The notes under the pieces were generated by a model that did not search any database, had not been told where the DNA came from, and saw only the letters and a list, made by a program, of their open reading frames with translations. Shown here piece after piece: positions 49,598-59,000 of a stretch of 64,000 nucleotides of DNA. A program made the position numbers and the translations under genes. Positions within the stretch are counted from its first letter, which is position 1. Every line of letters starts with the position of its first letter. Source of the DNA: Acidobacteriota bacterium (GTDB lineage Bacteria > Acidobacteriota > UBA6911 > RPQK01 > JAJDTT01); assembly GCA_965263035.1 (NCBI GenBank), contig OZ253580.1, positions 4,384,001 to 4,448,000 of the forward strand. The letters run 5' to 3'.

Positions 49598-49831
49598 GGC
49601 GGAGTCGCGGCAGCGGTCCCTCCCCTCTTTGTCGGAATGCCCTGACACCACGCCACGATTCGCTGGCGCCCGCATCGAAGCGAAGGCCGCATGGTGCTTG
49701 CAGCCGGTTCTGAACCGTTCGGAGTCGGCACGGCGAACGATAGACGATGACCTGGGTACAGGACTCGTATCCTTTGGCCTGCGTGAAACGGAAGGCATGT
49801 TTCATCCCACCACCCGAAAGGGAGCCTGTCA

Positions 49832-50986
49832 TTGAGCGAATATCAGTATTACGAGTTTCAAGCCATCGACCGGCCACTCGGTGAGGCGGACATTCGGGCC
49901 CTGGGAGGGCTGTCGACACGGGCGCGGATCACCGCCACGAGCTTCGTCAATCACTACAACTGGGGCGACTTCGGCGGCGATCCCGAAAATATGATGGAGC
50001 GCTGGTTCGACCTGCATCTCTATCTCGCCAATTGGGGGACGAGGCGGCTCATGATCCGAATGCCCAAGCGGTTCCTGGACCGTTCGCGGTTGAAGGTCTT
50101 CCTGCGTGAGGTCGACGGGGTCCAGGTCCGGATTTCGGGAAGGAATCTGATCGTCGACATCTGGTCCGAAGACGAGGAGCGTGAATACGACCATTTGGAC
50201 GACGGCCCCGGCTTGCTTGGCGCGATGGCGCCGTTGCGCTCCGACCTGCTCTCGGGCGATCTGAGGCTCTTCTACCTCCTCTGGTTGACGGCGGTAGAAG
50301 CCGGAGACCTGGAGGATGACGAAAAGGAGCCGCTGCCGGGCATCGGTCCCCTCACCGGTTCGCTCGAAGCGTTCGCCGATTTCTTCCATATCGATCCGGA
50401 CCTGGTGCAAGTCGCCGCCGAGGCCCCCCTGAACGCGGATCTCGGAAAGGTATCCGCGGCCGCGCGCCGCAGGGCCGTCGAGGCCATCCCCCACGCGGAG
50501 AAAACAGCGCTTCTCCGGCGCCTCGTCGATGCCGATCCCCATGTGATGGTCGAAGTCCAGCGCAGGGTTCGTGAGGCGGTCACATTGCCGGCAGGCGAGC
50601 CGCAAGCCAGGCGCCGGACGGTTGCGGACCTGCGCGACCGCGCGGAGGAGATTCGCGAGGCGCGTCGGGTCGCGACGGCCAAACGGGTGGAGGCCGAACG
50701 ACGCCGGCAGGCGGAAGAGGCCGAGCGGGCGCGGCGTGCACGAATCAAAGCCGTCAGGCAACGGGGGGAGAGTGTCTGGGGCGAGATCGAAACGGAGATC
50801 GAAAGACGTAACCCCAGCGGCTACGATCGGGCGGTCGGCTTGATCTTCGACCTCCGGGCACTGGCCGAAGAGGATGGTACGACGGAGGAGTTCTCGAAAC
50901 GGGTCCGATCCATCTGCGACCGGCATGCACGCAAGTGGAGTTTCCTCGAACGACTGGCGGGACTTGCCCTCGACGACCGGACATAA
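49832..50986 (+). CDS. Conserved hypothetical protein (MSEYQYYEF..DRPL family)
   Basis: TTG start after GGGAG; distinctive N-terminus SEYQYYEFQAIDRPL..Y.WGDF..YLANWGTRRLM; helical C-terminus. Confidence 0.7.
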   Translation: MSEYQYYEFQAIDRPLGEADIRALGGLSTRARITATSFVNHYNWGDFGGDPENMMERWFDLHLYLANWGTRRLMIRMPKRFLDRSRLKVFLREVDGVQVRISGRNLIVDIWSEDEEREYDHLDDGPGLLGAMAPLRSDLLSGDLRLFYLLWLTAVEAGDLEDDEKEPLPGIGPLTGSLEAFADFFHIDPDLVQVAAEAPLNADLGKVSAAARRRAVEAIPHAEKTALLRRLVDADPHVMVEVQRRVREAVTLPAGEPQARRRTVADLRDRAEEIREARRVATAKRVEAERRRQAEEAERARRARIKAVRQRGESVWGEIETEIERRNPSGYDRAVGLIFDLRALAEEDGTTEEFSKRVRSICDRHARKWSFLERLAGLALDDRT

Positions 50987-51067
50987 AAGTTGCCGACGCG
51001 TTCGACCGGGTTTGTGATCCGTTGGACGGTAACGCCGGGCGACCACAAGGGTTCGGCCCTACGAGAC

Positions 51068-51407
51068 GTGCCAAAGGGCTTGGAGGTCTGGCTCATGAAA
51101 GAAGATCGAGAGCGTCAATCCGCCGGGCGGCGAAAGACCGTTGCCGAGTGGGTCCCCCAAGCGCTACGAAAGGCCGGGCCTGGCCAAGCCGGGACGGTCG
51201 AAGCCAAACTGCGAGCGGTGGCTGAAGCAGCGCGAAACGAGTTTCCCACCGGCGACATTGACGTCATGCTGCTTGAGATCGGAGCCGGGCAAGGCCTCGA
51301 GTGACCTCCACCGAGTCCAAGGTCCCCCACGCATGGCCGCCGCAGCCCGTGCAGAAACGGAGCGCGCCCTTCAAATGGTTGAGGCATGTGGCCGCGACGG
51401 CTCCTAG
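51068..51407 (+). pseudogene. Possible decayed VapB-like antitoxin plus 5' remnant of a PIN/VapC toxin
   Basis: ..TVAEWVPQALR..AKLRAVAEAARNEFPTGDIDVMLLEI resembles RHH antitoxins; GTGA-coupled next frame VTSTESKVP then a frameshift, ending at the DUF1501 stop. Confidence 0.5.
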
Positions 51408-52738
51408 ATCAACTCCGACACCGGCTGGCCCGTTTCGTCGTCGATGGAGTTGGCGATCTTCACGGGGCGGCCGATGGGACTCATGTATTCCTTGTGCCAG
51501 TCGATGCCGAAGGCCTTGTAGAGGGTGGCGAACAGGTCCCCGATGGTGACCCTTCGCTCCGCCACGTAGGCTCCCCGGTCGTCGCTGGCGCCCACCACCT
51601 TGCCGCCTTCGATACCGCCCCCTCCCAGCAGCAGGGACCAGCAGTGGGGCCAATGGTCTCTTCCCAGCTTGGAGTTGTGGTGGGGACTGCGTCCGAACTC
51701 GCCCATGACCACCACGACGGTGGACTCCAGCAGGCCCCGCTGGTGGAGGTCCTCCAGCAGGACCGGCAGGGACTCGTCCAATTTTGCCGTCTGCTTGAGG
51801 TTCCGCCGGTCGTTGTGCGAGTGGGTGTCCCAGCCGTTGAGGTCGTGGCCGGCCGCCGTGATGAATCGGCTTCCCGACTCCACCAGGCGCCGGGCCAGAA
51901 GGAGGCTCTGGCCGAAGCTGGTGCGGCCGTAGGCGTCCCGGGTCTTCTCCGATTCCTGGCTCAGGTCGAAGGCTTGCCGCACCTCCGGCGCCGTGATCAT
52001 CTCCAGGGCCTGTTGGCTGAAACGGTCCATCTTGGTGTGCTCGGCGGCCTGGACCTTCTTCCGGTAGTAGCTGTCCACCAGGTTCAGGAAAGTCCGCCGG
52101 TCTTCCAGGTGTTCCCGGGTCAGGGTCTTGGGAAGAACGAGGTCGAGCACCTGGAAGTCCTTGTCGTTGGGGTTCCCCACCCGCATGGGATCGAACTCGG
52201 GCCCCAGAAACTGTCCCTTCTGGCAGTCGTAGTGCCGGTTTCCCACCTTGGCCGGAAGCACGACGTTGGGCGGGACATGGTTGATCCGACCCAGCTCCCG
52301 GCAGACGATGGACCCGATGCCGGGAAAGTCCATGGCCGGTGTGGGCCGGTGGCCGGTGAGGCCGTAGTAGATGGCCCTTTCGTGGTTCGGCTCCAGCGAC
52401 TGCATGGAGCGGATGATGGAGACCTTGTCCAAGTGCCGGGACATGTTGGGGAGGAGCTCGGAGATCCGGATGCCGGGCACATTGGTGGATATGGACCGAA
52501 AGCTGCTGTTGGGCTTGGGGTCCCACGTATCCATTTGGGCAGGCCCCCCCTCCAACCAGATGAGGATGCAAGAACGGGCCTTGGCCGGCGCGGCGTCCTT
52601 TCCCGCCTTGGCCATGAGGTGGGCGGCCTCCAGGTAACGGCTCAAGGACATTCCGAGGAGGCTCAGAGACCCTACCTTCAGGAAGGATCGCCTCGCCAGG
52701 ACGCCCGGAGTCGGCAACAGACACCCCGTATATTTCAT
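51404..52738 (-). CDS. DUF1501 domain protein (Tat-exported)
   Basis: RRSFLKVG; ILIWLEGGPAQMDTWDPKP; LARRLVESG; WDTH; GEFGRSP; GRDHWP. Confidence 0.93.
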   Translation of the reverse strand: MKYTGCLLPTPGVLARRSFLKVGSLSLLGMSLSRYLEAAHLMAKAGKDAAPAKARSCILIWLEGGPAQMDTWDPKPNSSFRSISTNVPGIRISELLPNMSRHLDKVSIIRSMQSLEPNHERAIYYGLTGHRPTPAMDFPGIGSIVCRELGRINHVPPNVVLPAKVGNRHYDCQKGQFLGPEFDPMRVGNPNDKDFQVLDLVLPKTLTREHLEDRRTFLNLVDSYYRKKVQAAEHTKMDRFSQQALEMITAPEVRQAFDLSQESEKTRDAYGRTSFGQSLLLARRLVESGSRFITAAGHDLNGWDTHSHNDRRNLKQTAKLDESLPVLLEDLHQRGLLESTVVVVMGEFGRSPHHNSKLGRDHWPHCWSLLLGGGGIEGGKVVGASDDRGAYVAERRVTIGDLFATLYKAFGIDWHKEYMSPIGRPVKIANSIDDETGQPVSELI

Positions 52739-52761
52739 GTCGTTTCTCTCAATTCGTCCGC

Positions 52762-55299
52762 TCAGTGGTTGTGGGCGAATTCCCGCGATGCCAAGAGCGC
52801 CCAGACCAGGTTCTTCAGACCCTCTCCCCGGGAGGGACTCCGCTGGATCAGTTGCTCCAGCCCGTCCCGCTCTTCCTGGCGGGGATAGCGGGTCAGGGCG
52901 GCGAGATAGAGCTCCTCGATGATCTCGGCGTCGGTGGCGCCGGTAGCCATCAGGCGCTCCAGACGGCTCCCCTCACGGGCGAGCTTCTCCGTATAGGTCG
53001 ATCCCACCAGGAGATGAAGCGCCTGATTCAGGCTGGGCTCGGCGCTCCGCTCCGGGACCTGCGCGCGATCGGTTCTCCCGTACATGTCCAAGAAGGCCGA
53101 GGGGAAGATGTCCGGCATGGTCAGCTCGATGGCCCGAGTGCCCGGCGGCGCCATTCCCTTGTCGGTGTTCTCGAAGGTCTGGGCCACTGCCGTCACCGAA
53201 GTCACGGCGTCCAGTAGAACTTCGGCGTCCAGCGGGCGGGGCAGGGAGTGGGAATAGTTGATTCGGTCTGCCTCCGAGCCGGGACGCGGCAGGGAGGAGA
53301 GCTGGTAAGTCTCCGATAGGACCATGCGGCGGAGCAACTGCTTCAGATCGTATCCCTGCTCCCGGAAATCGCGGGCCAGGATCTTCAGCAGCCGGGGATG
53401 AGTCGGAGGATTGGTCGATCGAAAGTCGTCCACCGGTTCCACCAGGCCTCGTCCGAAGATGGTGCCCCAGAAACGGTTGACCGCGGCTTCGGCGAACCAG
53501 GGGTGGTTGGTGACCCAACGGGCAAAGGTCTGGCGGGGACTGGAGTGGGCGTGAGCGGGGACCGGTGAGCCGTCGGGCAGGACCGGCTCCACTTCCCGGC
53601 CGGTGCGGGGATGAATGGTTTTCTTGCTGTTGGGGTCGGTGCCGAAATCGGGGTCGGGTCCCTCCGGGTCGTCGTAGATCAAGGAAGTGCCGAAACCGGA
53701 CCACTCGGACCGGGTGACCCGTTTGAAGAAGGCGGCCAAGCCCCAGAATTCGTCCTGGCTCCAGGATTCATAGGGATGGTTGTGGCACTGGGCGCAGTCC
53801 AGCCGCCGTCCCAGGAAGACCCGGAACTGCTCGGCCATGGCGTTCTCGGGCCTGGTGACGACCCCGTTCTGCAGATAGTGGCGCGAGGCCCCGTCGTAGC
53901 CCTGGGCCGTGATCCGTTCACGGGCCAGCTGGTCGTAGGGTTTGTTGGTGGCCACCGAATCCCGGATCCATTGCCAGTAAACGTGGCCGTGCTCGGCCAT
54001 GCCGGTGGCGGTCTGGCCGACCCGCATCAGGTCGGCCAGACGGAAGGTCCAGTAGTCGGTGAACTCCAACGACTCCAGAAGAAGGTCCACCAGCTGCTCC
54101 CGCTTGTCCGGGTCCCGGCTGGCCAGAAACTCGCGGACCCGATGGGGAGGGGGCAGGGTCCCGGTCAGATCCAGGCAGATGCGCCGGAGAAACTCGGCAT
54201 CGGTGGAACGGCGCGCGGGCCGGAGGTGGAACTTCCGCAGTTTGGCCAGCACGTGCTCGTCGATGTAGTTGCGCGAGGCGTAGGTGACGGAGTCGGTCAC
54301 GGCATCGGCGATGACTCCGATCCGAGCGTTCACCACGTGACCCGGAGCCCGCACCAGGACGCTGGTTTCGCCCGGACTCACGCCTCGGATCGTGCCCTGG
54401 GAATCCACCTTCACCGTCTCCAGGTTGGAGGATTCATACCGCACCTGGTCGGTCACGTCCTCGCGGGAACCGTCCGGAAGATGCGCCAGCACCACCAGCC
54501 CGTGGCGGGACCCGGATTCCAGGACCACCTTGGAAGGAAGGACCTCCAGGCGCCGGATCTTCCCCGCCGTCTCGGCCGATTCGTCACCGTAGCGGGCGCC
54601 CTGCCGGATCCAGTCCAGCAGCGCCCGGTAGTCCGTCGAGTCCGAGGATAGGCGTTCCCCGCCGCCGTGGGGGATTTGGAGCGCGGGTTTCTGCAGCAGG
54701 AGGCTCCGATCCGGAGCGTCCAGGTCAACGCGGGGCTCAATGGCGCCGCCCGCCTCGGTGCTCATGACCTGATAGTCTCCGCCCTGGACGATCCAGCGGT
54801 AGTCGTCGCGGGGATGGAGGGCGTCGATGGAGAGCTTGAAGCCGGCTCGGCCCTTGACTCCGCCATGACAGTCGCTGGAGTTGCATCCCCGTTTGGTGAG
54901 GATGGTTCCGATGTCCCGCGAAAAGCTGAAGGGTCTTAGCACCCCATTCTTGGAGACTCTTATCGAGGCCCGGGCCGTCAACTCGCCCATGCGGACCTGG
55001 AGCGTGGTCTCTCCTGCCGCCAGGGAAGTCACTCGTCCCGCCGGGTCCACTTGGGCGACTCCGCCCGAAGCCAGGGAAAACCGGCTCTGGGAGGTGACGT
55101 CTCGCTCCAGACCGTCGGCTCCCCGTCCCAGGACCAGAATGCGTTGAGAGGCGCCGGTGTTCGGGAGCACGACCTCTTCCGGCAGTAGTTGCAGCGTCAG
55201 GACGGCCGGCGAGGCGGCCGGCGCCGGGGTCAGAGCGCCCAGGAGAACGGTTGCCATGACGCAGGAGAACAGAATTCCGACCAAGCTCGGTGACTTCAT
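52762..55299 (-). CDS. DUF1549/DUF1553 (PSCyt2/PSD1) protein with Ig-like domains
   Basis: Signal peptide; CNSSDCHG; NYIDEHV; FLRRICLDLTGTLP; CAQCHNHP; GRGLVEPVDD; PPTHPRLL; EFAHNH C-terminus. Confidence 0.92.
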   Translation of the reverse strand: MKSPSLVGILFSCVMATVLLGALTPAPAASPAVLTLQLLPEEVVLPNTGASQRILVLGRGADGLERDVTSQSRFSLASGGVAQVDPAGRVTSLAAGETTLQVRMGELTARASIRVSKNGVLRPFSFSRDIGTILTKRGCNSSDCHGGVKGRAGFKLSIDALHPRDDYRWIVQGGDYQVMSTEAGGAIEPRVDLDAPDRSLLLQKPALQIPHGGGERLSSDSTDYRALLDWIRQGARYGDESAETAGKIRRLEVLPSKVVLESGSRHGLVVLAHLPDGSREDVTDQVRYESSNLETVKVDSQGTIRGVSPGETSVLVRAPGHVVNARIGVIADAVTDSVTYASRNYIDEHVLAKLRKFHLRPARRSTDAEFLRRICLDLTGTLPPPHRVREFLASRDPDKREQLVDLLLESLEFTDYWTFRLADLMRVGQTATGMAEHGHVYWQWIRDSVATNKPYDQLARERITAQGYDGASRHYLQNGVVTRPENAMAEQFRVFLGRRLDCAQCHNHPYESWSQDEFWGLAAFFKRVTRSEWSGFGTSLIYDDPEGPDPDFGTDPNSKKTIHPRTGREVEPVLPDGSPVPAHAHSSPRQTFARWVTNHPWFAEAAVNRFWGTIFGRGLVEPVDDFRSTNPPTHPRLLKILARDFREQGYDLKQLLRRMVLSETYQLSSLPRPGSEADRINYSHSLPRPLDAEVLLDAVTSVTAVAQTFENTDKGMAPPGTRAIELTMPDIFPSAFLDMYGRTDRAQVPERSAEPSLNQALHLLVGSTYTEKLAREGSRLERLMATGATDAEIIEELYLAALTRYPRQEERDGLEQLIQRSPSRGEGLKNLVWALLASREFAHNH

Positions 55300-57302
55300 G
55301 GGGCCAACGCCACCTCCTGCGGGTCGGTAATGGCTACGGTGTTCTCAGGTGAGTCCAGGATCAGAAGAGGAATTCTGCCCGCTATGATCGGGGGACCGGT
55401 CCGGTTCTCCGACATGGGGCGGGCCCGGATCCTCAGGAACCGGGGCAGGGAAGTGGGTTGAACCTCGGAATCCGCTCGCAGTAACAGCGTGACCGCCTGC
55501 CGCTTTGGACGATGGGTCTTGGGGTCCACGATATGTTCCCCCGGCGGCCGATACTGGATGCCTTGGATCAGCAGCGCACTCCAACTGGCCGGAGTGGCGG
55601 CCTGGACCTGTATTCCGTCCGGCAGGCCGTCGACTTCGACCAGAATCCCTCCGTCGAAGCCTTCCTCCAGGTCGGCCACCAGGGTCAGGCTCCTGGATTC
55701 ACCCGGCTTCAGGTTGAGGCGGTCCGTGATCTCGATGAGCTGGGACGACACCGAGAAGACGCCCAAAGAGAACTCCATCCGGCCCACGTGGGGAACCTGC
55801 GGCCGGATCAGTACCCGATACTGGAATTCGTCTCCCCAGGCGTGGTCGGTCAGGTCCCGGACCAACAGCCAATAGTCGCCTTCCTCCTCGAAGGTGTGCA
55901 GTGTCTTCCGCTCGATGGTCTTGTTGGGATCGATGCCGTTGCCGCCGTATTCCCGGTAGATATTGTGGGCCACCACCTCCCCCTGGGCGTCCAACACCTT
56001 GAGCCAGGGACTGAAGTGGGGGGGAGCGAGCCGGGGCGTCTCGACCTCCAGGGCCAGCGCCTGTCCCGCGGTGACCCGGAACCGGAAACGGTCCACGTCG
56101 CCGGGAAAGTCGATGCGGCCCTCGGCGAAGCCGGGCAAAGTCAACTCCTGGGCGGCCTCCGCCGTGTCGTTGGGCTCGTGATCCCGGATGGAGGACATTG
56201 GGGGCGAGGTATCGCTTCCAGGCGAGGAGGCGGCCACCGATCGGGTTCTCAACTCGGCCAGCCGGTCGTCGCCCAGTCGCCGGTAGAAACTCCCGAACTG
56301 GCGCAGGGTCGAGGAATCCCTCTCCAGCCAGTCTGCCGGGTCGGCGTGGGCCGGTTGGCCGAAGCCGCCGATCACGCGGCGCGAGACCATCTCGTTCCGG
56401 GCCGGTCCGACCCGCAACTGATAGCCGTTGTCCCGGCTCCGCCCCAGAAACGTGCCCACGGACAGCAGATAGCGTCCCGCCTTCTCGAAACGGTGCTCCA
56501 AGAGGGGGTGCAGGACGAACTGGGTCACGAAGTCGCGGCGGTCGAACCACGAACTCCGGACCCGGATCGGCTCCCAGGAAAGGCGCGGACCCTTCAGGAC
56601 CAGGGGACGCGCCCGGTCGGTCCCGAACCAGCTCTGGTGGGGCTCGTAGAGCCGAACCTCGGTCTGTGCCCAGTAATTGACGCCCAGCTCGAATCCGGAC
56701 AGCACCTGGAAGGCCAACGTCTCGCCCGCCTCCACCTCGAAGGAGTAGTAGTCCAGTTCTCCCTTCTCCTCGATGGTCCCGTTGACGATGGCCGGGAGGC
56801 GCAGTTCCTGGGCCTGCGAGGGTCGATGGTGAGGAGATTTCTCTTCGTTCTGGAGCGGTTGATCCACGAGATGCAGGCTCAGGGAGTTGGAGAGGCCTGT
56901 GGGACCCACGAGGCGGAAGTGATGCAGTCCGGGACGAGTGTCGGGGGAGGTCAGCACTTCCAGCACGGCCAGAAATTCCAGCTCCTGCCCGTCCTGTCCC
57001 AGAAGGGCCAATGTCCTCTTCCTGTAGTACTGGTCTTCGTCCAGTTCCCCCGTCTCCGCGATCTCCTTCACCGCCAGGACCCGGGCTTGAACATCGTCAC
57101 ATTCGAACCAGACGGTGTGGGCACCTGGAAGGCGCTTTCCCCGCACCCGGATCTCGAAAGGAGTGCCTATGGACCCGCCCAGAGGGTGGTGGGAACGCAA
57201 CTCGGGGTCCGAGGGCTGGGGCTTGTCATTGGCATGAGCGCCCTGAAAGCTCCAAACGGCGAGCCAGAGAACGCTCCCTGCCAGATGGCGTTGCAATTGC
57301 AT
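55296..57302 (-). CDS. Exported protein with PPC (pre-peptidase C-terminal)-like domains
   Basis: PLGG N-terminal motif; NGTIEEKGELDYYSFEVEAG; EPNDTAEAAQ..GRIDFPGDVDRFRF; ATGA overlap with DUF1553 gene; start uncertain. Confidence 0.8.
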   Translation of the reverse strand: MQLQRHLAGSVLWLAVWSFQGAHANDKPQPSDPELRSHHPLGGSIGTPFEIRVRGKRLPGAHTVWFECDDVQARVLAVKEIAETGELDEDQYYRKRTLALLGQDGQELEFLAVLEVLTSPDTRPGLHHFRLVGPTGLSNSLSLHLVDQPLQNEEKSPHHRPSQAQELRLPAIVNGTIEEKGELDYYSFEVEAGETLAFQVLSGFELGVNYWAQTEVRLYEPHQSWFGTDRARPLVLKGPRLSWEPIRVRSSWFDRRDFVTQFVLHPLLEHRFEKAGRYLLSVGTFLGRSRDNGYQLRVGPARNEMVSRRVIGGFGQPAHADPADWLERDSSTLRQFGSFYRRLGDDRLAELRTRSVAASSPGSDTSPPMSSIRDHEPNDTAEAAQELTLPGFAEGRIDFPGDVDRFRFRVTAGQALALEVETPRLAPPHFSPWLKVLDAQGEVVAHNIYREYGGNGIDPNKTIERKTLHTFEEEGDYWLLVRDLTDHAWGDEFQYRVLIRPQVPHVGRMEFSLGVFSVSSQLIEITDRLNLKPGESRSLTLVADLEEGFDGGILVEVDGLPDGIQVQAATPASWSALLIQGIQYRPPGEHIVDPKTHRPKRQAVTLLLRADSEVQPTSLPRFLRIRARPMSENRTGPPIIAGRIPLLILDSPENTVAITDPQEVALAP

Positions 57303-57429
57303 GGATTTGAAACACTCCCTCGGATGCAACTTTGGGCGCGATTATATCCCGAACCCGCTCCCCCCTACCACCGTTCCTCAGGTTCCGGGTCAAGTGGGTC
57401 GAATGGTCTCAAGCCGCCGATTCGGTCCA

Positions 57430-57458
57430 AAGAGGGCACCCACGAGGGGTGCCCCTAC
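57430..57458 (-). repeat. REP-like palindrome, family A copy 3; its TAG is the sulfatase stop
   Basis: Reverse complement GTAGGGGCACCCCTCGTGGGTGCCCTCTT. Confidence 0.8.
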
Positions 57459-58957
57459 CGGATTTGACGTCGAGGCTCTCCCCGGTCCCATTCCCGGGCC
57501 ATGCGCTTCAGTTCCGCCACCACGCCGTTGTAGGCGGGGTCGCCGTACAGATTGCGCTGCTCCCAGGGATCGTTCCGGAGCTGGTAGAGGGACCCGTCCT
57601 CTTCCGGGATCCGCTCGTCCATGAAGAAGACCAGCTTCCATTCCCGGGTCCGGACCATGACCCGCCGCCCGCCGCCGCGGCGGAGTTCCTCGTAGGCGTC
57701 TTCGCTGTGATCGTGCTCGGAAAAGCAGGCCCGGCGCCATTCCCGGACCTCACCCCGGATCAAGGGCAGCAGACTCCGTCCTCGAATCCCGGCGGGCGGA
57801 TCGAAACCGGACAGTTCCAGCAGGGTCGGAAGGAAATCCACCATCTCCACCGGCTCCGTCACCACCTTTCCCTGAGGCAGCAGCCCAGGCGCCCTCAGGA
57901 TGAAGGGGACTTTTACATTGGTGTCGTAGAAATCCCGTTTCTTCCAGGTGCGGTGTTCTCCCAGCTGGAACCCTTGATCCGAGTTGATGACGATGATGGT
58001 GTGATCCAGGCGCCCGGCCTGTTCCAGGACCGAAAGCAGCTGCCCCACCTCCCGGTCCACGGCCCGGATCATGCCGTAGTAGGTTCCGCGGGCCAGCCCG
58101 ATCTCTTCTTGAGTGAGGTGGGGAGCGCCGCTGTAGACGTGGATGTTCTCCCGTTCGTACCGGGGCTTTCCCCCGATCTCCTCGGGTGTCGGAAGCGGCA
58201 GATCGATCCGGCTGGGGTCGACGAAATAGGAGGGCGTGGTGGAGCAGGCGACGTGCGGCGCATGGAAGGAGACGCGCAGGAAGAAGGGCTCCGGCGATCG
58301 GACCAGATCCCGCAGGCGGCCGAGCGCCAAGTCCCCCAACCGGGCCGTCCGGATCTGGCCGGGGGGAATGTCGAGCAGGCCTCCGATCATCCACCGATGG
58401 GTCTTGGTTCGGACCACCGAGAGGAGACGGCGATGCCACTCGGGGGGCAGGTGCGAGGTAGGCCGTCCCCGGTTGTCCAGAAAGCGGGGAGCATCGCCCA
58501 GTAGACGCCAATCCTCTCGGAAGGCGTGGGCCTTCCCCACGTTCTCGGGAGTGATTCCAGCCATGCTCCACGCATTGAGAAGATTCGGGTATCTGTTCAG
58601 AGATCTGGTCCGGTAGCGTCCGGGCGTCGAAGCCGGTTTTCCCATGGCCATAACGCCAGTCTGATGGGCGTAGAGACCCGATTTCATGGAGGTCCGGGAA
58701 GGGACGCAGACCGGATTCTGGACGATGGCCGTTTCGAAACGGACTCCCTCCCGTGCGATGCGGTCCATGTGAGGCGTATCGGCCCAGGATCGGCCGTAGC
58801 AACTCAGCGTATCCGCCCGCGCGTCGTCCAGCATGATCCAGAGGATGCTGGGAGGAGCGGACGAAGCGGCGCGGACGTTACCCATAGAGGCGAGCAGGGC
58901 CGAACACAGTAACATCAATCCCGTAAGCTTCCGGTGAGTCCGTTCCGGAGCCTTCAT
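57455..58957 (-). CDS. Sulfatase (formylglycine-dependent, Cys type)
   Basis: ILWIMLDD, CVPSR (CxPxR), GKAH, SFHAPH, NSDQGFQLGEH, KRDFY. Confidence 0.9.
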   Translation of the reverse strand: MKAPERTHRKLTGLMLLCSALLASMGNVRAASSAPPSILWIMLDDARADTLSCYGRSWADTPHMDRIAREGVRFETAIVQNPVCVPSRTSMKSGLYAHQTGVMAMGKPASTPGRYRTRSLNRYPNLLNAWSMAGITPENVGKAHAFREDWRLLGDAPRFLDNRGRPTSHLPPEWHRRLLSVVRTKTHRWMIGGLLDIPPGQIRTARLGDLALGRLRDLVRSPEPFFLRVSFHAPHVACSTTPSYFVDPSRIDLPLPTPEEIGGKPRYERENIHVYSGAPHLTQEEIGLARGTYYGMIRAVDREVGQLLSVLEQAGRLDHTIIVINSDQGFQLGEHRTWKKRDFYDTNVKVPFILRAPGLLPQGKVVTEPVEMVDFLPTLLELSGFDPPAGIRGRSLLPLIRGEVREWRRACFSEHDHSEDAYEELRRGGGRRVMVRTREWKLVFFMDERIPEEDGSLYQLRNDPWEQRNLYGDPAYNGVVAELKRMAREWDRGEPRRQIR

Positions 58958-59000
58958 GGGTTCAGCTCGGGATCCGGCATTCTGTGATTTCCCTCCAGCG

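Noticed and set aside
51391-51406. TAGGAGCCGTCGCGGC at the DUF1501 stop as another stop-overlapping REP
   Set aside because: The stem is only 4 bp and could arise by chance in GC-rich DNA; not counted
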